From positions 186,001-250,000 of the forward strand of contig LVLI01000140.1 in assembly GCA_001687465.1 (NCBI GenBank): a DNA stretch of 64,000 nt, in the 5' to 3' direction. This document shows, one piece after another, positions 1-14,244 of this stretch. Within the stretch, counting starts at the first letter, position 1, and each line of letters starts with the position of its first letter. The position numbers and the translations under genes are program-made. A model generated the notes under the pieces. It had not been told where the DNA came from and did no database searches. It worked only from the letters and a program-made list of their open reading frames with translations. Source of the DNA: Halocafeteria seosinensis. Taxonomy: Eukaryota.

Positions 1-2516
1 GGTCCTCCTTCTACATATCCACCGCGCGGAAACCTTGGGTTTTTCCCATAATCATGGCGCCTCAAGGGACTTACGCCCTTAGAGGTACTAGAAGGCTGCG
101 AATGATTCTGTTTCACATCCGAGGAGATAGTTTTCGACTTTGAAGTACCACTTGTCGCCGGCGAAATGGCGCCTTCATTATCTGATCTAGCCCTTTTTCC
201 TGCTAGGGAACCGGCTGTTGATGGTTCCTGTCCCGGGTAGAGTCTCTGGAACACTTCCAGGTATGAAGTAATAGTGAAACTAGTGGTCAAACCCACAGCT
301 CCGAAAGTTCGCACAAGCGACAAGTGAGACAGCTTGTCCGTGGACATTCGACTAATCTCTACATTGGATAGGGTGTAACTGCTCTGCAGCAGCCGATCGA
401 ACTCTGCAGCCCGCTCTGTATAATCAAACGTTGCTACTCGTGAAAGTTACTCGCCCGCAAACAGCGTACATGTGGACCTTACCTGAGGGTAATCCATTGT
501 CTTCAAAACGCGCGATACCTGAGTTATCTGTAGCTATAGTACTCGAGATCCATCTTTCTTCAAATTTGGATAGCTTTTTGCTGATAATAACATTGCGGCC
601 AATATCCCGCTGATCGATCAAACGGGATGCTCGGTGACCTGCTTCTGGAGCCATCCACGTCATATGCTTTTCTCCCACGGTTAGCGTACTCCCTTCGTCT
701 AGGTATACGAAAAAAAGACCCTGGGGAGCATTATAGCCCATTACCCAACCATGAACAAAGCCTTCAGGAACATCCACTTCAGGAGGTGGCCGAGCCAGGA
801 GAGTAGGGTCATCGTTGTCCATCAATGTCTTTAAGAACGGATGCATTCTATTTGCTTTGAGACACCGCTCCCCACAGACACCCCAACTGCAATGCACCCC
901 AACAATGATATCGTTTTAACAAGTTTTATTCCAGTGCAAATAACTTACCCGTACATAAGCAGCGCCGGAAGATGGAACCTTCTCCTGCATTCCGACCTTC
1001 CACAAGTGACCAGGGCTAATGGCTCTTTGTCATATGGCTCCGATCCAACAAACTTTAAACGATTGGCTTGAATCCATGACACTAAGTTACACTCAGGACC
1101 AGTAGTCCGAACATCGGGCTGTGTGCTAATTCCGAGATGAAAGCAATAACAGTGCATCCACACTACTCTTACAAAATCGGGATTCATATCAACGGGTCTA
1201 GTTTCTTCTTGCAAAGTCGAAAAAAGTTCTCTTAAGTAAGGGTCGGCCACGGGCAAGCCACCAATGTGGCCGTTATACAAGCGACCTCTAGCGTAGCCAA
1301 TCAAAGGACCAAGGTCTAAATCATAGTCTTCCATCCAAATAGGAGACTTACAACCGCATAGGACACATGTTTGGTCTTCGTGTGCACGAACTGCTACAGC
1401 CGCTTCCACTATCTGACCTTCACCGCAAAATGCATGCGCAGCTTCCTTAACATGAGGAACCAGTGGACGTTCCAACGACTCAACACGTTCCTTGAGCTGT
1501 TGCCGTTTGATGTCACATGATGGATTGACCACGAAATTGGTGGCCTGAGTGCTGGATAAATCCAAATCAATCTCGAGGAGGGGCGTTTCATAGTCATAAA
1601 GGATCATTTCCTTGCTCTGACACATCTGCTCTTGACCTTTCTTCGTTGACACGTTGAAAGCATTTTCTACACTTCGGAGCGAAGACAGCAATACACGGGT
1701 ACCTCTCTTGATTGCGCCGACAACCTTCCATGCTGAGGAACCGAGTCCGGTCCTTCGTTCTGGCAAGCATGCGAGCTCACTGCATATAACACTAATCGTT
1801 TTGGCCGTCATCTCCGTCGAATCGGGGTTTTGGCAAAAGTAATGTATCAGGAAGACAGTACTGAGGCCGTTCTTGCCAGAGCTTTCTGTGGCGGTATCCT
1901 TCAATGTAACAAAATCATCTTTCTGAAAAAGATAACCAGATACTGCAGCACCTAACGTTACACCGTCATCAAATGGTGTTCCTACGAGGCCAGTATAATC
2001 CGAGGGAGCAGATACACGGTCTTCCTGCTTTGCCAGTTCCACAGACTTCAGGAATTCCCCCTTATTGTACTTGCCAGGGAACTTTTGCCGGTTATAGAGA
2101 CGATTGGCATTCTCATCATTCAAAGGTTGTATATCATCCCATGAAGCCCATCCGATGTTTGTGGTTTTCCGATTGTAAATATACTCCACAAGGTACACAG
2201 CGTCTCGACCTTTGTTTGGTTTCAACAGGGACATCCTGTCCATATTGGGTCTGACCGAAGCAGCCAGCGAAGACATCGCGCCACATATTCTAGCCGGCCA
2301 AAACAGTTTTTTGGCTCCAGAATTAGTAGCCAGTACCACCTGGCCCGTCAGAAAAACAGATCTTCGATAATCTGGTGCGCCTCCACTTCCTGTCCCAGGC
2401 GCAGGGGAAGCAGCTGACCTGGAGCCCCCAGCGGTGCTTCCAGCAGGGTTCGGGCTGCTGCTGTTTGACGCAGATCCTAGTGCGCTTGAATAATACTGAC
2501 TGACAGGCGAAGCCAT
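1..2516 (-). CDS. Chromatin-reader-like protein: PWWP domain plus degenerate extended PHD finger; multi-exon, runs off the window edge
   Basis: FWPARI PWWP motif followed by YLVEY...GWASWDDIQPL. CVLC...WMHCYC...CGRSECRRRFH resembles an ePHD. GT-AG introns at about 947-887, 482-417 and 363-246 join ORFs 945..2516 and 424..897 with two further exons; the last frame is open to position 1. Confidence 0.65.
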
Positions 2517-3102
2517 TTTGCCCCTATAAACCTTGACTTGCTATAAAAGATGAGAAACTCCAAAAAAGTTACTCCGTACACACACGCTCCTGTGGCGAAA
2601 TGTGCACTTGCAAGCACACAAATTGTAGTGCCTCCACGACGAGGGAGGATAGACCCGTATACCTGCAAACAAGCTATGCGTCTGCAGTATGTATAAGAGG
2701 AGAAAAATGGACAAGTGTGGTTTGGATTCCACCCAAGTTCTGTCCCCGGGATGGCTTCTACGTCTATTTACTGTGCTACACCGCACGCTGTAGATCTGAT
2801 ACTCCGCGTACAAGAGAACGAGTCATTCACACATAATGTCAAAAAGCTTCGTTCCATGTCGGCACCTTACAAGTCGACATTTGAGGCCTTGAAAAGTTTG
2901 AATCACTTCATGATGGGGAGTGAAAGAAAAGATTGCTACCTACGGCAACTAAGAAACTAGTTTGTGGAGAAACGGGACGAAGGTACGAAGAATTGCAAAT
3001 GTATGGATACGGGCGTCGTTATTGGTGGGTAAAGTCAACAATTTTGCGGTCTGACAACCAGTCGCTGCCAATTATATGTTAACTGAGAAAACCGTGGAAG
3101 CA

Positions 3103-6100
3103 TCATCGTCGCCTACTCTTATTAGGACGTTCATCATTGTATTGGTTGTCCGGTCGAGCTCGGCCACGTCCTCGAGGTGGCTGTGGCACCCCATAACCAT
3201 GCGAAGGAGCAGCCCGCGGTGCTCCTCCTCTATTTGGAAAGCTCGGTCGAGCTTCGCCTTCAGGAGGCCCTTGGTATTGATGCGGCCGAGGGCCAGGGTA
3301 TTGTGGATGCTGCATGGGTCCTCCGTATTCCTGGTTGGGGGATGGTCCAAAGCGATGTGGTCGTTGCTGATGATTGTTGTGCCCTTGGTGCTCAGGATAT
3401 TGCGACGGGAACTGTCCGGGGTAACCATGCCTTGGCATCGGTTGTGCATGCGCACTGTCTGGTCGTGGGCCACCGTTTCCGTGCATCTGATAATGTGGGT
3501 GGTGGAAGCCAGGGGGAGGAGGCATCCGGGCATGCGCATGCCCCGGGAACAATGTTTGTTGATTGTGCTGCGGCTGCTGATGTGGAAACTGAGGATGGAA
3601 ATTTGGAGGGCGACCCGCCGGTTGTTGTTTGCTTCGTTCTTCAGCCATTCGTTTGGCTTCCATCAGCCGTTCCTGCTGTTCCCGTTGCTGTTGTTCTTCC
3701 CGAGCTAAGGCTTCCCGATCAATTTTCAACTTTACGCTCAGAAAATGCAAAACCTCGTCACTAATACGCTTTTGATTGTTTTCTTCTTCGGCGCATTCAC
3801 GAACTCGCTGATGCAGCACCTTGTTCGTACCAAGTGCCTTCTCTAACTCCGCCACCGGCAGCCGACAAAGCACAAGCAGCGAAGCAGGAATACCCCGCTT
3901 GCAGGCGTTAACAAAACCGGACCACAATGTAGAATACTTCCAAACTTCTTTGTCTACCATCTTGTGCAGCAGGTCGACGACTTCCTGCTGATCAATATCA
4001 TCTGCGTATTGCTGCAGGAACAATTCTATAGCTTTCACAATGATTCGCGGCCATGTCGCTGCCTCTATTAGCATAGTCAACCCGTCTAATATAGACTTAG
4101 CCGACAGTTTGTGTCTTCTCTCCTTCTTCAAGTACGCTGCGATAACATGCTCGACAGCATCACTTGAGAGAGGAAGGGCGGGGTTCCACTTGGCGAGCCC
4201 GCATTCCTCTAAAGACGTCTTTAATAGTGATACGCCCCCAAATTCTGAAGATTCTGAGTCATCATTCTGTTTTGCTACTTCATCGGTACTGCACATGCAA
4301 GCGAAGAGCTCGGCTTCGGAGACAGCACTTCCTTCTCTAGAGCAAAGACTGCCCACTATCTCATCCTGGATGCGATCTTCCAATACCATGATACCAGGAA
4401 CGATACCAATGATATCAGACTTCTTCAGTCCTGGTATAGCAGGCCTAAACGTAGCGAGACTGCCTCCACATCTTATTTCGGTAGTATTGTAGAGTTTCTG
4501 GAAAATGTAAGAGCAGATTTGCTCCTTATCGATGTTCTCACGATTTTCCACTATGGAGTGAATGATAAAGGTCAGTACATGAAGCTCCTTGTCGGAAATA
4601 TCGTCAGTGGCCGTCGAGGAACCTTCAACCCCTCCACTTTGAATACAATGAAGCGAAGCGATACGTTCGACCATCTTCGATGGACCTCCTCGCTTCTTTA
4701 CGAGGGTTCGAATGAGTAAAGGAATTTCATTCTCATACGCCTTAGAAACAGCCGCACGCACTTGCTGGCTCGTTTTAGAAGACACTGGATTTTGCATGAC
4801 GTCTATGTATGTACCTATGATTTTTTCCAAAAATCGCGAAATAGGATACTGGCTCGGGTACACAGTAGAAAGCAAAAAGTACAACTGCAGTCTCCGGGTA
4901 GCGTCACTCACATCCCGCACGTATTTTCGAGACAATGTTGAAAGATCCTTCATGGCACTGGCACCATTCTTAATAAGCTCCTTAGTGTTGGTCTCTTGAG
5001 AAGAAACCGCATTCTCACTAGAGGAGTCATCCTCAGTTACCTTCAATGTATCGAAAAGTTCTTCCGTACGAGGAACAACCACGGCTTCCTGTCCCTTGAT
5101 CTTAACAACACGACGACACAGACTCAAGATAGCTTCAGTTCTCGGTCCCTTGTTGGGTGAAAACGCTATCGACATTAAAGCCTCTAACGCGGACCTTCTG
5201 GCGCTCGGGCGATTTTCAAGAGTAGCAGTCAACAAACTGACATAGCTTCCAGGGCTCCCGGTTTCACACAGCGAGGCACCTACTACCATGTCAAAGACAC
5301 TATTCTCAAGCTGGGGGCATTCCAGTAGTATAACTTTCAGACTATCAAGAAGGAATTCCCTCTTGTGCGTGGACGCGTGTAGCGAAGCCGATACAAATTC
5401 TCCCACAAACGTCTCCACAAGGAAACCATACTGTGGTGTACAACATGGTGAAGATATTCGTACTTCATCCGTCTCTTTGTTCTCATCTCCACTGGAGGTT
5501 TTCTTTGGCGGAATCAAGGCGATCCGTTCCACGTCCCCATTCCGAGAAATGAAATGCCCCAAAGAATATTCAGCAAACAACACACCTAAGCACATTTCTC
5601 TCGGAAGAACCGACATCTTCTCTAGCTTTCTCGGTCCATATTTCGAGTTCTTCAATTGTTTCACAATCTCGCCCAATCTATACAGTCTGCTTTGACAGAA
5701 ATACTTCCCGAACCTGTTTCGTTCACTCTTATCTCCACCTTCTTTGAATTCCTCTAGAAAGGAATACAACACCACACCTGAAGGGTTTGTCGCCTGCCGC
5801 CCGAGTATCGAAGCATATTTTCGAATGGCACTTTGCGCAGCTGTTTGCATCCATTCATGGTCCGCAAGTTGTAGGATACGGGTGAAACATCGGTCGCTAA
5901 ACTTCCACCCATTTTTCTTCTTTAACGTACTCAGCTCTTTCTTCATTAAGAGATCCTTCTCCAAACTAACCGATTGCCCCTCTCTCTCGTCTGCGATTGT
6001 CGTAGATTCTCGCGTGTCTGCAGCGGGGGCTTTACTTTCCAATTCCTTCTCTTCTTTCAGTTTCGCGCGGGCACTGCGCTCGGCGTCGACGAAAGCCTTC

Positions 6101-8491
6101 CTGGTAGCCATTAGAATGGGGTCGATGCCTGGGCACACGGACCCGTTATTCAGCTTTAAAGCAGTTGTGATTCTGCTCAAGATATTAGATGGAATACCGG
6201 GCATGCGCGTAGAAGAGTTCGCGTTGCGAGAGATCAGAGAGTTAGTTCCAGCCTGCCGTTGCTCCGCCTTGAGAGTCTCAATTTTATTGCCTAACTTATC
6301 TATACTCTCTTGGGTATTTGACGTCGCTTCATCTCCAAAGGACAAAGCATCCTTATCCGCCAGTGAGGCATCCAGAAACTTATCCCAGCCGTCTTTGACG
6401 TCCTTATCCACAGTCCTTCGCTTTCTTGCAGACGATATACTGGAATATAAAGAGGATATTTCATCTTCTTCCCAAACACGACGAGCACGAGAAGGAATTT
6501 CCTCCCCCGTGCAGGTTTCCGATACCATTTGGAGAACTGCAGCCAAATGTGTGCCACCATCACTAGGAGCCAAGTCCAGTGGAGGATGCTCGAAGAGCTG
6601 AGACCTTTCCTCTTCTACATTATGCTTGCTAGATGTGTTCAACCTTGCCATTACTAGGCATTCCGCTGCAGAGGAGATAATTTCATCTGGAGGGGTTGGT
6701 GTGCCTTCAGGCATATACGCAAAGTTTTGTACAATGCAGTTAACACGATCATCGAACGCCAATTGAAGGTAGGATTGAGCACTATATCGATTTTCGGGTA
6801 TGTTAATTGCCTTTAATCCCTCGATAGACTTTTCATCAGACTCATATTTCTCTTCTTCCTCCTCCTCGTCACCAATTTGACCTACCTTGCCTTCAATTTT
6901 GCGCCCTAGGTGTTTCTCTACTTCTCCTCCTGAGCCCAAGTCAGTTAAGCATTCTCCTAACATAGTAGCAACCTGTTCGAATTCCTCCTCCTTGCGGACG
7001 CATCTCAGTTTTAATAGTTCTAAGAATCCAACTTTAACAGAGTTAGTCAGGCGAGGGAGCAAACTGATTCCTCGTCTACGCCCCAGCTTCATGTGAGACG
7101 GGGGATCATATATAAATTTATGCAAGTAGGACGTGACAAAGTAGACATAACACTGATCGGCCTTCGCCGTTCCACCTCGAAGATATTCATCAATGATACT
7201 GGTGTCCACTACAAGAGGATCCTTGGGGCGCCGACTCGCTACCCACGTAACTGTCTTGATTACGTCGGCATATGTTTTATGGGTTAACTCTAGACCACTT
7301 GTTAAGTCTGCTTCTTTGTCTAATAGCCGCAGTAGCTGCAACATCAGTCTATCAGCTTCCTTCTTCAAGTCCGCTTTCTTGTGCATCGTAGAATTGGACG
7401 GAATATGATCGAGCGTAAACGCATCTGAGCCTGTGACCTGGGCGGCTACTGCTCCGGTTTTGGAAGCCGCACTAATCTTCTCCACACTTTCTTTAGAAGG
7501 ACGCGTCTGAGTAAAAATGGTTGTTTCTATCAGTTTAATTACAGCAGATCTCACACCGTCTGATGTGTTTGCATCGGTCAAGGCACCGAACAACTTTTCC
7601 CGCAATTGGACAAACCTCTTCCACATATTCTGGATTTCCGAGCTAACTTGCGACCTATATGAGTGGCCACTATAAGGGTCAATCACAGTAATTCGCATCG
7701 CCTTTCGAAGAATATTATTCGTCACTGCCGCGACGCGTTGTACAACCTCTTGGTCTTGATCCTCGGCTAATGTAAGTAAGGGTTCAATTACACGAGGGAT
7801 CCCTGTAAAATAATCATGTCGGAGAAATATGAGTACTAGTTACCATATAAGACACGACAAGAGCTGTCTCTTTCTTACATTCGACTTTTTCTCGACAGAC
7901 TTCCTCCACCAGAGACGCTATCCATTTACGAACTTTCGGCTGCTCATTGGTTCGCAGTTCTACAACCTGGTCCCACCATTCAGAGAATTGGTGTGCTGAT
8001 ATACGCTTCTTCCCCACAAGTATTCCTTGGATCTGGTCCAAATATTGCTGAATCAAGTTCCCTTGTTGCTGCTGCACTTGAGGATTATTGAGTGCCTCCA
8101 AAATTTGCTGAATCCGGGTATTCATTTGTTCAGCTGTTTCCCCTTCAATATCCTCAGCATTGGAAGAAGGGAACTCAGGCATATCCTCCATCAAGAGATC
8201 CTCCTCCTCGTGGCCTTGTTGGTCTTCATAATACTCTTGGGATGTGTAATTACGCTCTCCAGTCCCATTGGAAGAAGCCACTATCTCCTCCAAAGACGAC
8301 GGCAGAGGTTGCAAAGGAGCTGGCGGAGGGTCAAACTGATCCCGTGATCTACTGCTTCGGTCATTTCCCTTCTCTTGCTTGGCCTGGTCCGACGACTGCC
8401 TCTTATTTCGTGAGGAAGATGCATAAAAGGAAGGAGAAAGAGGTCTCTGAGGCTGCCCCCATTCGCTTTGCTCTAAGGGTTTTTTGCTCAT
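3103..8491 (-). CDS. SYMPK: Symplekin/Pta1-like scaffold of the cleavage-polyadenylation complex
   Basis: N-terminal HEAT-like region (VRKWIASLVEEVC...VRSAVIKLIETTIFTQT) and Symplekin_C-like KEVWKYSTLWSGFVNACKRGIPASLLVLCRLP; Pro/Gln-rich tail. One intron (~7878-7803) joins ORFs 7814..8554 and 3103..7725; likely start MSKKPLEQ. Confidence 0.8.
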
Positions 8492-9391
8492 TCTTGCTTG
8501 GGGTGAAACAAACAAATGGAAAAGAGCAAAATGGATACTGTGTTCTCCTAACAACGGACAAGCATGTATCGAACGGAGGGACTACTCTGTCCATGATGGA
8601 CCATTGATGGTAACTATGAGCGAGTGAACGATAAGATTGCTGCCTGGTGGAAGGGACTCTTATTACCACAAAGAAAAAAAATGGTACTTGTCACGGCGGT
8701 TGGTAATTTGTGGTCTAATTGTACATACGCACATATATGTTGTGAAAAGTGGTATTCAGTGTGTACCATACCTCTACTCTCTGTGAAACTGTCCGCAGAC
8801 AGGCTGAGCCAGCCGAGCGCAAACGCTGTATAGGCAGTCAAGGACTTTCAAAGGAATCCTTCAAAGTATTTTTTTTCCATTCTATTCGTGGCTGAAAACT
8901 CCCTCCCAACGTGCACGTTCATGGCATGGACAATAAACAGAGCCTTCTTGTTTATTTAACTTCCACTTCCCCCTTCCATCAAGTCTTCCTGCTGAATGAC
9001 AGAGCTCACTCATTCATTCACGTGCACAATATCATACAGTTTTTTTTTCCAGTTCGTTGGGATGCATTGACTTCTGCTGCACGCACGGCGTATTATGCAA
9101 CATACGGAATTAGGATCGATGACTCAGGAGGACAACGTGTCGAACAATTCCAATTCACTGCACCATACACTGGTTTAGTATATTTTCAAGTGTGTGTGTG
9201 TGTGTTGTCAGTTCGAATTTCAGGTTTGATATTTGTAAGTACAATGAATGTACTCATGGTTTGACACACCCATTGTTTTTATCTACTATTTTGTCCTCTG
9301 TCCTTCCAGCGATCTCCGTACGTGTACAGATTGTTCTGAAGCGTCGATTTCTTTGCCTCCGCACAAGCTATACAACCTATAGACAAGGACA

Positions 9392-10162
9392 ATGTCATCC
9401 GACACACAACGAAGACCTTGGATCGGAGGCAACTGGAAATGCTCCGCCGACTTAGCCAAGGTAAGAGCAGCACTGGAGGTGATCCACGGCGCTACGCCTC
9501 TTCCGGAATCTGTGGATATTGTTGTAGCTCCTTCCCATATTCATATTGGGAAGGTCATGGATGAGCTCCCTAGTCCGGTACAAATCGCAGCTCAGAACAT
9601 ACACAGCTGTGAGGGCTATGGAGCGTTCACCGGTGAACACTCGGCGGAAATGCTCAAAGACTTTGGAGTGAACTGCGTCATTGTAGGCCACAGTGAACGC
9701 CGCCATATTTTCAAGGAGAGTGATGAGGAGGCAGCCAATAAAGCAAAGGTGGCATTGAAAAATGGCATGCACGTTGTGTTTTGCATTGGTGAAACGCTGG
9801 ACGAAAGAGATGCTGATAAAGTCATGGAGGTCAACACTCGGCAACTCAAGCGCCTCGTCAATGTCGTAGAAGGTAACGAATGGGAGAGGATTGTCATTGC
9901 CTACGAGCCAGTGTGGGCGATAGGAACTGGGCGAACTGCTACGGCCGATCAAGCTCAGGAAGTTCATTCCAAAGTCCGCGAATGGATTGCCCAGCACTGC
10001 TCGCAGGACGTGGCTAACAAGCTCCGGATTGTCTACGGCGGTAGTGTAAAGTCTGCTAACTGTGACCAGTTGATAGCGGAGAACGATATCGACGGGTTCC
10101 TCGTTGGTGGTGCCTCTCTAAAACCTGATTTCGCCGACATTATCAAAGCTCCCGCGAAGTGA
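9392..10162 (+). CDS. TPI: Triosephosphate isomerase, intronless CDS
   Basis: GGNWK, GAFTGE, GHSERR, IAYEPVWAIGTG, YGGSV and DGFLVGGASL motifs. Confidence 0.98.
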   Translation: MSSDTQRRPWIGGNWKCSADLAKVRAALEVIHGATPLPESVDIVVAPSHIHIGKVMDELPSPVQIAAQNIHSCEGYGAFTGEHSAEMLKDFGVNCVIVGHSERRHIFKESDEEAANKAKVALKNGMHVVFCIGETLDERDADKVMEVNTRQLKRLVNVVEGNEWERIVIAYEPVWAIGTGRTATADQAQEVHSKVREWIAQHCSQDVANKLRIVYGGSVKSANCDQLIAENDIDGFLVGGASLKPDFADIIKAPAK

Positions 10163-10227
10163 GCAGCTAGCTAAAGTGTCAACATTCCACATAAATATAC
10201 GAAAACCGGGAACAATCGCTGTTCTTC

Positions 10228-13200
10228 TCATAGGTGGTGACGTTCCTCGACAAGTGAAACTATATCCTGGGCAGCATCCAATCCCCTCACCATTATCGGA
10301 TGCATATACTCTAATACGACCGGCAAGATTTCAATAATTTCCTCGCACTGGTCTAAATCGATTTTGAGCTGCACCATTAAGGTTTGCGGTATTTGTTTTC
10401 GCAACTCCATGTCGTCCTCAAGCAGCAGTCGTCCGAGCCGTGTCGTCTGAGCAAACGAATAGATAAGGTTTGGTTCGTGAATATGATGCCTTAGAAACTT
10501 AATACAGTCTCCCGGATTCGATACCTGTTGTTCTCCTGAGCCGGATTCTGTATCGGATTCAGGATTAGAGCTGGTATCTCCATTGTGTTGCTCCGTCGCA
10601 TAACTGTAATATTCCTGGAGTTGATCCACGGCTTCAGAGGAGATGTCAAGACTACACTGGCGGAGGCAGTCACTCATATACGTAATCAGATAACAAACTG
10701 CACTTAAACGTATCCTAAAAGGCGCTTTCCCCAACAAGCAAGTAAATGTGGGGGCGTGATCATCTTCTTCGTTAAGATCTTGCGTCAACGGCTCATAGTG
10801 CAGGAGTAAAGAGAAAGCAGCATGCCGAAGGGAGCTGACGAGCTTCCATTCAACACGATCTTCCGGTGCATCGACTCTTTGTTCATATCCTCTAAACGTG
10901 ACACCTTTGCCCAACTCCTCCGCCGCTTTGAGATCGTCTTCCTGGAAATGCTTCTGTCTCTTATCATTTTCGTCCTCGAGCTGCACTAACTGTTCCAACA
11001 CGGCAACGGCATTCGCACCGACTCCTTCCTCCCAATCATAATTCGTGACTACATTATTCCTTTGGTATACTTCAGCGCTAGTAGTATCTGGTTCTATCGT
11101 CTGGGCTCTTATTGCCACAGCAATTTTGTCTGATGTGTACGGAGACCTGTAAGTAGATTGATCCCCTTCTCGCGTACCTGCAAGAAACCCCGTAGCTTGA
11201 TGTTGCCTACGTCCATTTAACGCATTCATACGCACCTAGTCTGGATATAGTCGTTCCAAAGCCTTGTCGTTTACCATGCTGGAGCAGCTCTTGACAGTAT
11301 CGCTTCTTTTCTTTCGGATCTGTAATTCCGCATTTTTCTTCCACGAACTTTGCGATATCCTCCTGATACTGCTTCATTGAGCGGACCAGACCAAACGAAT
11401 AAGGCTGGACAGGTCTTTCAAAGGATCTCAGCCGCTCAAACTCCAAATTCTCACTGTTGCCATAGTAATTTAAGAAGTCATCGAGATGTTCTCTTACTCG
11501 AAGGTGGCTATGGGCTGGCTCTCGCTGAGTAAGCTTCTTGTTGCTGTAGATCATGTCATACATACCCCGGAGTTCTTCATCTGGCTTATAAAGGTACAAC
11601 AGCGGCCTCGTGGGATCCCGAAAGCGGGACGGACGTCCAGTTTTTAGAATCCTCGTGTGTTTTCCTTCGAGTCTCACGCTGCTTGCCTTAATGCGTCGAA
11701 TGGAAGGAGGGTTCCAGGGGTCATAGGGGAAATACTCTACATGACCTTTTAACTTGTGCCGAATGAGAAGCTCAGGTCTTGCGCGATATCGCGCATTCGA
11801 ACTGCGGCCTTGGTATTCGCGGTCACGGTTATACCTAAAGGCAGGTTTCTTCGCATGGCGACCAAACTCATCGTCGTCATCGATGCTCGATGAGCTAGAT
11901 CCACTTTCAGATAAAGCCGTTTCGCCCTGTCTTCCGGGAGAACGCTTAGTCCTCTGCTCCCTGTGAATAAGACCAGGAACTTCAAAATGCAAGACGCCGT
12001 GTTGCCGTCCAACTCTGCCTCGAGTACGATGGAACCGTCGACGCTCACACTCTTCTAGTGGGTCTTCATCAGAAACAGATGACTCATCATCATCGCTGCC
12101 GCTCTCGGACGAAGTCTTTATTCCAAACGCAGTTCGAGCTGGACGAAAAGAAGGCTCAAAAGCCGTTTCATCGTCTAGTTCTAACTCTCCTACACTGCTA
12201 GTGTCGGTCGATGTGCTCTCCTCAGAAAATAGAAAACTTGCTGAGAAATTGAAAGCCATATTGCGATACATCGCCAGGCACCTTATTTTGGAACCGTATC
12301 GCATTGCTATACGTTGGGATCGGGTTTCAAGGCCTCGCAATTTTCGAGACTCCTGAGTCTCCAGACGAAGATACTGTTTCAGTATGTGTGTCATGTCGGC
12401 CACTTCTGCTCTACTGTTATTCGAAGGGGGGACCCGGTCCCGCCAGTAGGAAGGACAGAAATCATGTAGCAGATAAGAGAAGAGACGTTTCAAGCCACCC
12501 CGCAAACGGCTTGCAAACAAAGCATTCTTGGCTGAAAGCGGAATAGGCTCTGAATTAAACATCAGAGCATTTAGGAGCTGCAGTATGCATCCAATGTGCA
12601 CCATTATGTTCCGGATCCTCTGACTGTACATGCGGTGATCTTCGATTTGTTGTTTTCGCACTTGTCCGTCTTCTGCCGCAGGTGGCGGGATATATTCGTG
12701 AAAGCTTGTCAGACAGATTTCAAGGTCTTGGAAAACTTGATCAAGCACAGCGTGAGAAAGAATACTCTCTTTCGCTTTTCTGTAGCACAAACAGAGGTTT
12801 GCCAATTCTGAGAGAGCTTCGCTTTGTTCGATGATGTCGTTGGCGCTGTAAAGTAAACAGAGGAGCTTAAATCAGGGAGAGAGAAGCTTTCTCTTTCATC
12901 CATGACGACGTACTTGTGAAGGCGTTCTTCCAGTCGATCAACTAAGTGGTCGACCTGGAGTTCCGGTGGTTCGTTAGTCGGATCTAGTTGCATATCCAGT
13001 AATGACATCTGCACAGTCTCATTAGTGAAGGGAGCATCCAAACGTTTTATGCATAATAGAAAACAACACATCCACATACCACCTGATAGTTTCTCCATAA
13101 ACGCCGTAGTGCACGGCCGAGGTCCTTTTCCGGTTCGTACAAATACAAAGTAACCGGGGTTTCGAAGCGGTTGGAGTCAGACTTTGGCTGCAGGCGTGGC

Positions 13201-13722
13201 TCAAATAGGAGGTCGAGTTTCTCAGCATATTTGTTCCAACGAGGATTTAAGAAGTTGTCCCCTCCGTCGTGTCGTTTTATGTCATAAATCAAATCTGCGT
13301 AGCCGTGTTAGTCAACAGTGCCCAAGTCGAACTTGCAGTCGGACTGATCCGGACTTACGAATCGGGTAGTGTTTCACCTCCTTCTTGTGGGAGAACCTCA
13401 CGGGAACCACAGAAATATGAGTTTCCGAGAGCAATGCAAATCCGATGATGGCTGTGCAAGGATATCGAGCAAATGGGTAAGACTCGCAGACTTTCACAAG
13501 AACCAGGTCACCGAACTTACAGTTCGACGTATGCTTTATTGTTTTACCATCCTCGACCGGTCGATTGATACGTTGAATGACACGTTCTGAATAGAAAACA
13601 GCGTGACGCATCGACTTCGGAAGGGACTCCTTGGCCATTTCGACGTCTGTTTGTCGGTTGACCTGAAATCCTGTCATTAACCCGTTCGGGTTCCCCGGTA
13701 AGCACTGTCGTCGTCCCTCCAT
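10228..13722 (-). CDS. Large multi-exon hypothetical protein, possibly C12orf56/DUF4551-like
   Basis: ORFs 13312..13722, 13047..13292, 12709..13098, 11207..12805 and 10228..11235 lie in series. Checked introns are phase-compatible (CAC AA|gtacgt...tttacag|C GCC; CTA G|gtgcgt...ttgcag|GT ACG). Family resemblance is from memory only. Confidence 0.6.
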
Positions 13723-14244
13723 CCTCTCTAGAGTGCGCCCAACCCAACCGAGTCCTAATGAATAGACAATTCCCCTCTTATATCCTGTCGCGCAATGATA
13801 CTGGCAAGCGAATGAACGTGGAATTCGGCAGGAAATAGGGCGACTTCACTTTTGGCGCGCTGACTCGGTCGCACAGATGGCGATGATCACAACTCTATCC
13901 AACTCCCCGCCGACACTCATACCAACTCGAAAGTACTGAGCTAGCACCACAATGTTAGCGTTTTCTGCAAAGAAAATGGAATCAAGTCTTCATTGCAAAC
14001 AGCGTATTTGCTCCTAAAAACACTTCAACATGGCGCTTGTGAAGCGCGCTTGAAGAGTCAAGCGTTTCCACCTAATGAGGCTGCACCGAATCCATTGAAG
14101 GTTTGCCATTGCGAGGATAGAGGGATCGAGGAGGAGCACTAAGGTCGAGAAAATAGCTGCAGCGTAGATGAGAAACCCAGATTGTATATTTTTGTGGACT
14201 GTACATTTCGTGAACGCAACCCACGCGGACGGTACCGCTAAAGA

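Noticed and set aside
3076..6601. Long plus-strand ORFs (3076..3708, 3177..3764, 5744..6601 and others)
   Set aside because: Antisense shadows of the symplekin CDS with no independent motifs.
10157..10175. TPI stop-codon readthrough to a cryptic peroxisomal PTS1
   Set aside because: Context is TGA-GCA, not TGA-CTA, and the extension would end AAS, which is not a PTS1.
10228..13722. Overlapping same-strand ORFs as programmed frameshifts or a pseudogene
   Set aside because: The junctions checked are explained by phase-compatible GT-AG introns.
14030..14080. Hairpin cgcttga-agag-tcaagcg as a possible second SECIS
   Set aside because: No AUGA core with correct geometry and no same-strand upstream gene with an in-frame UGA.
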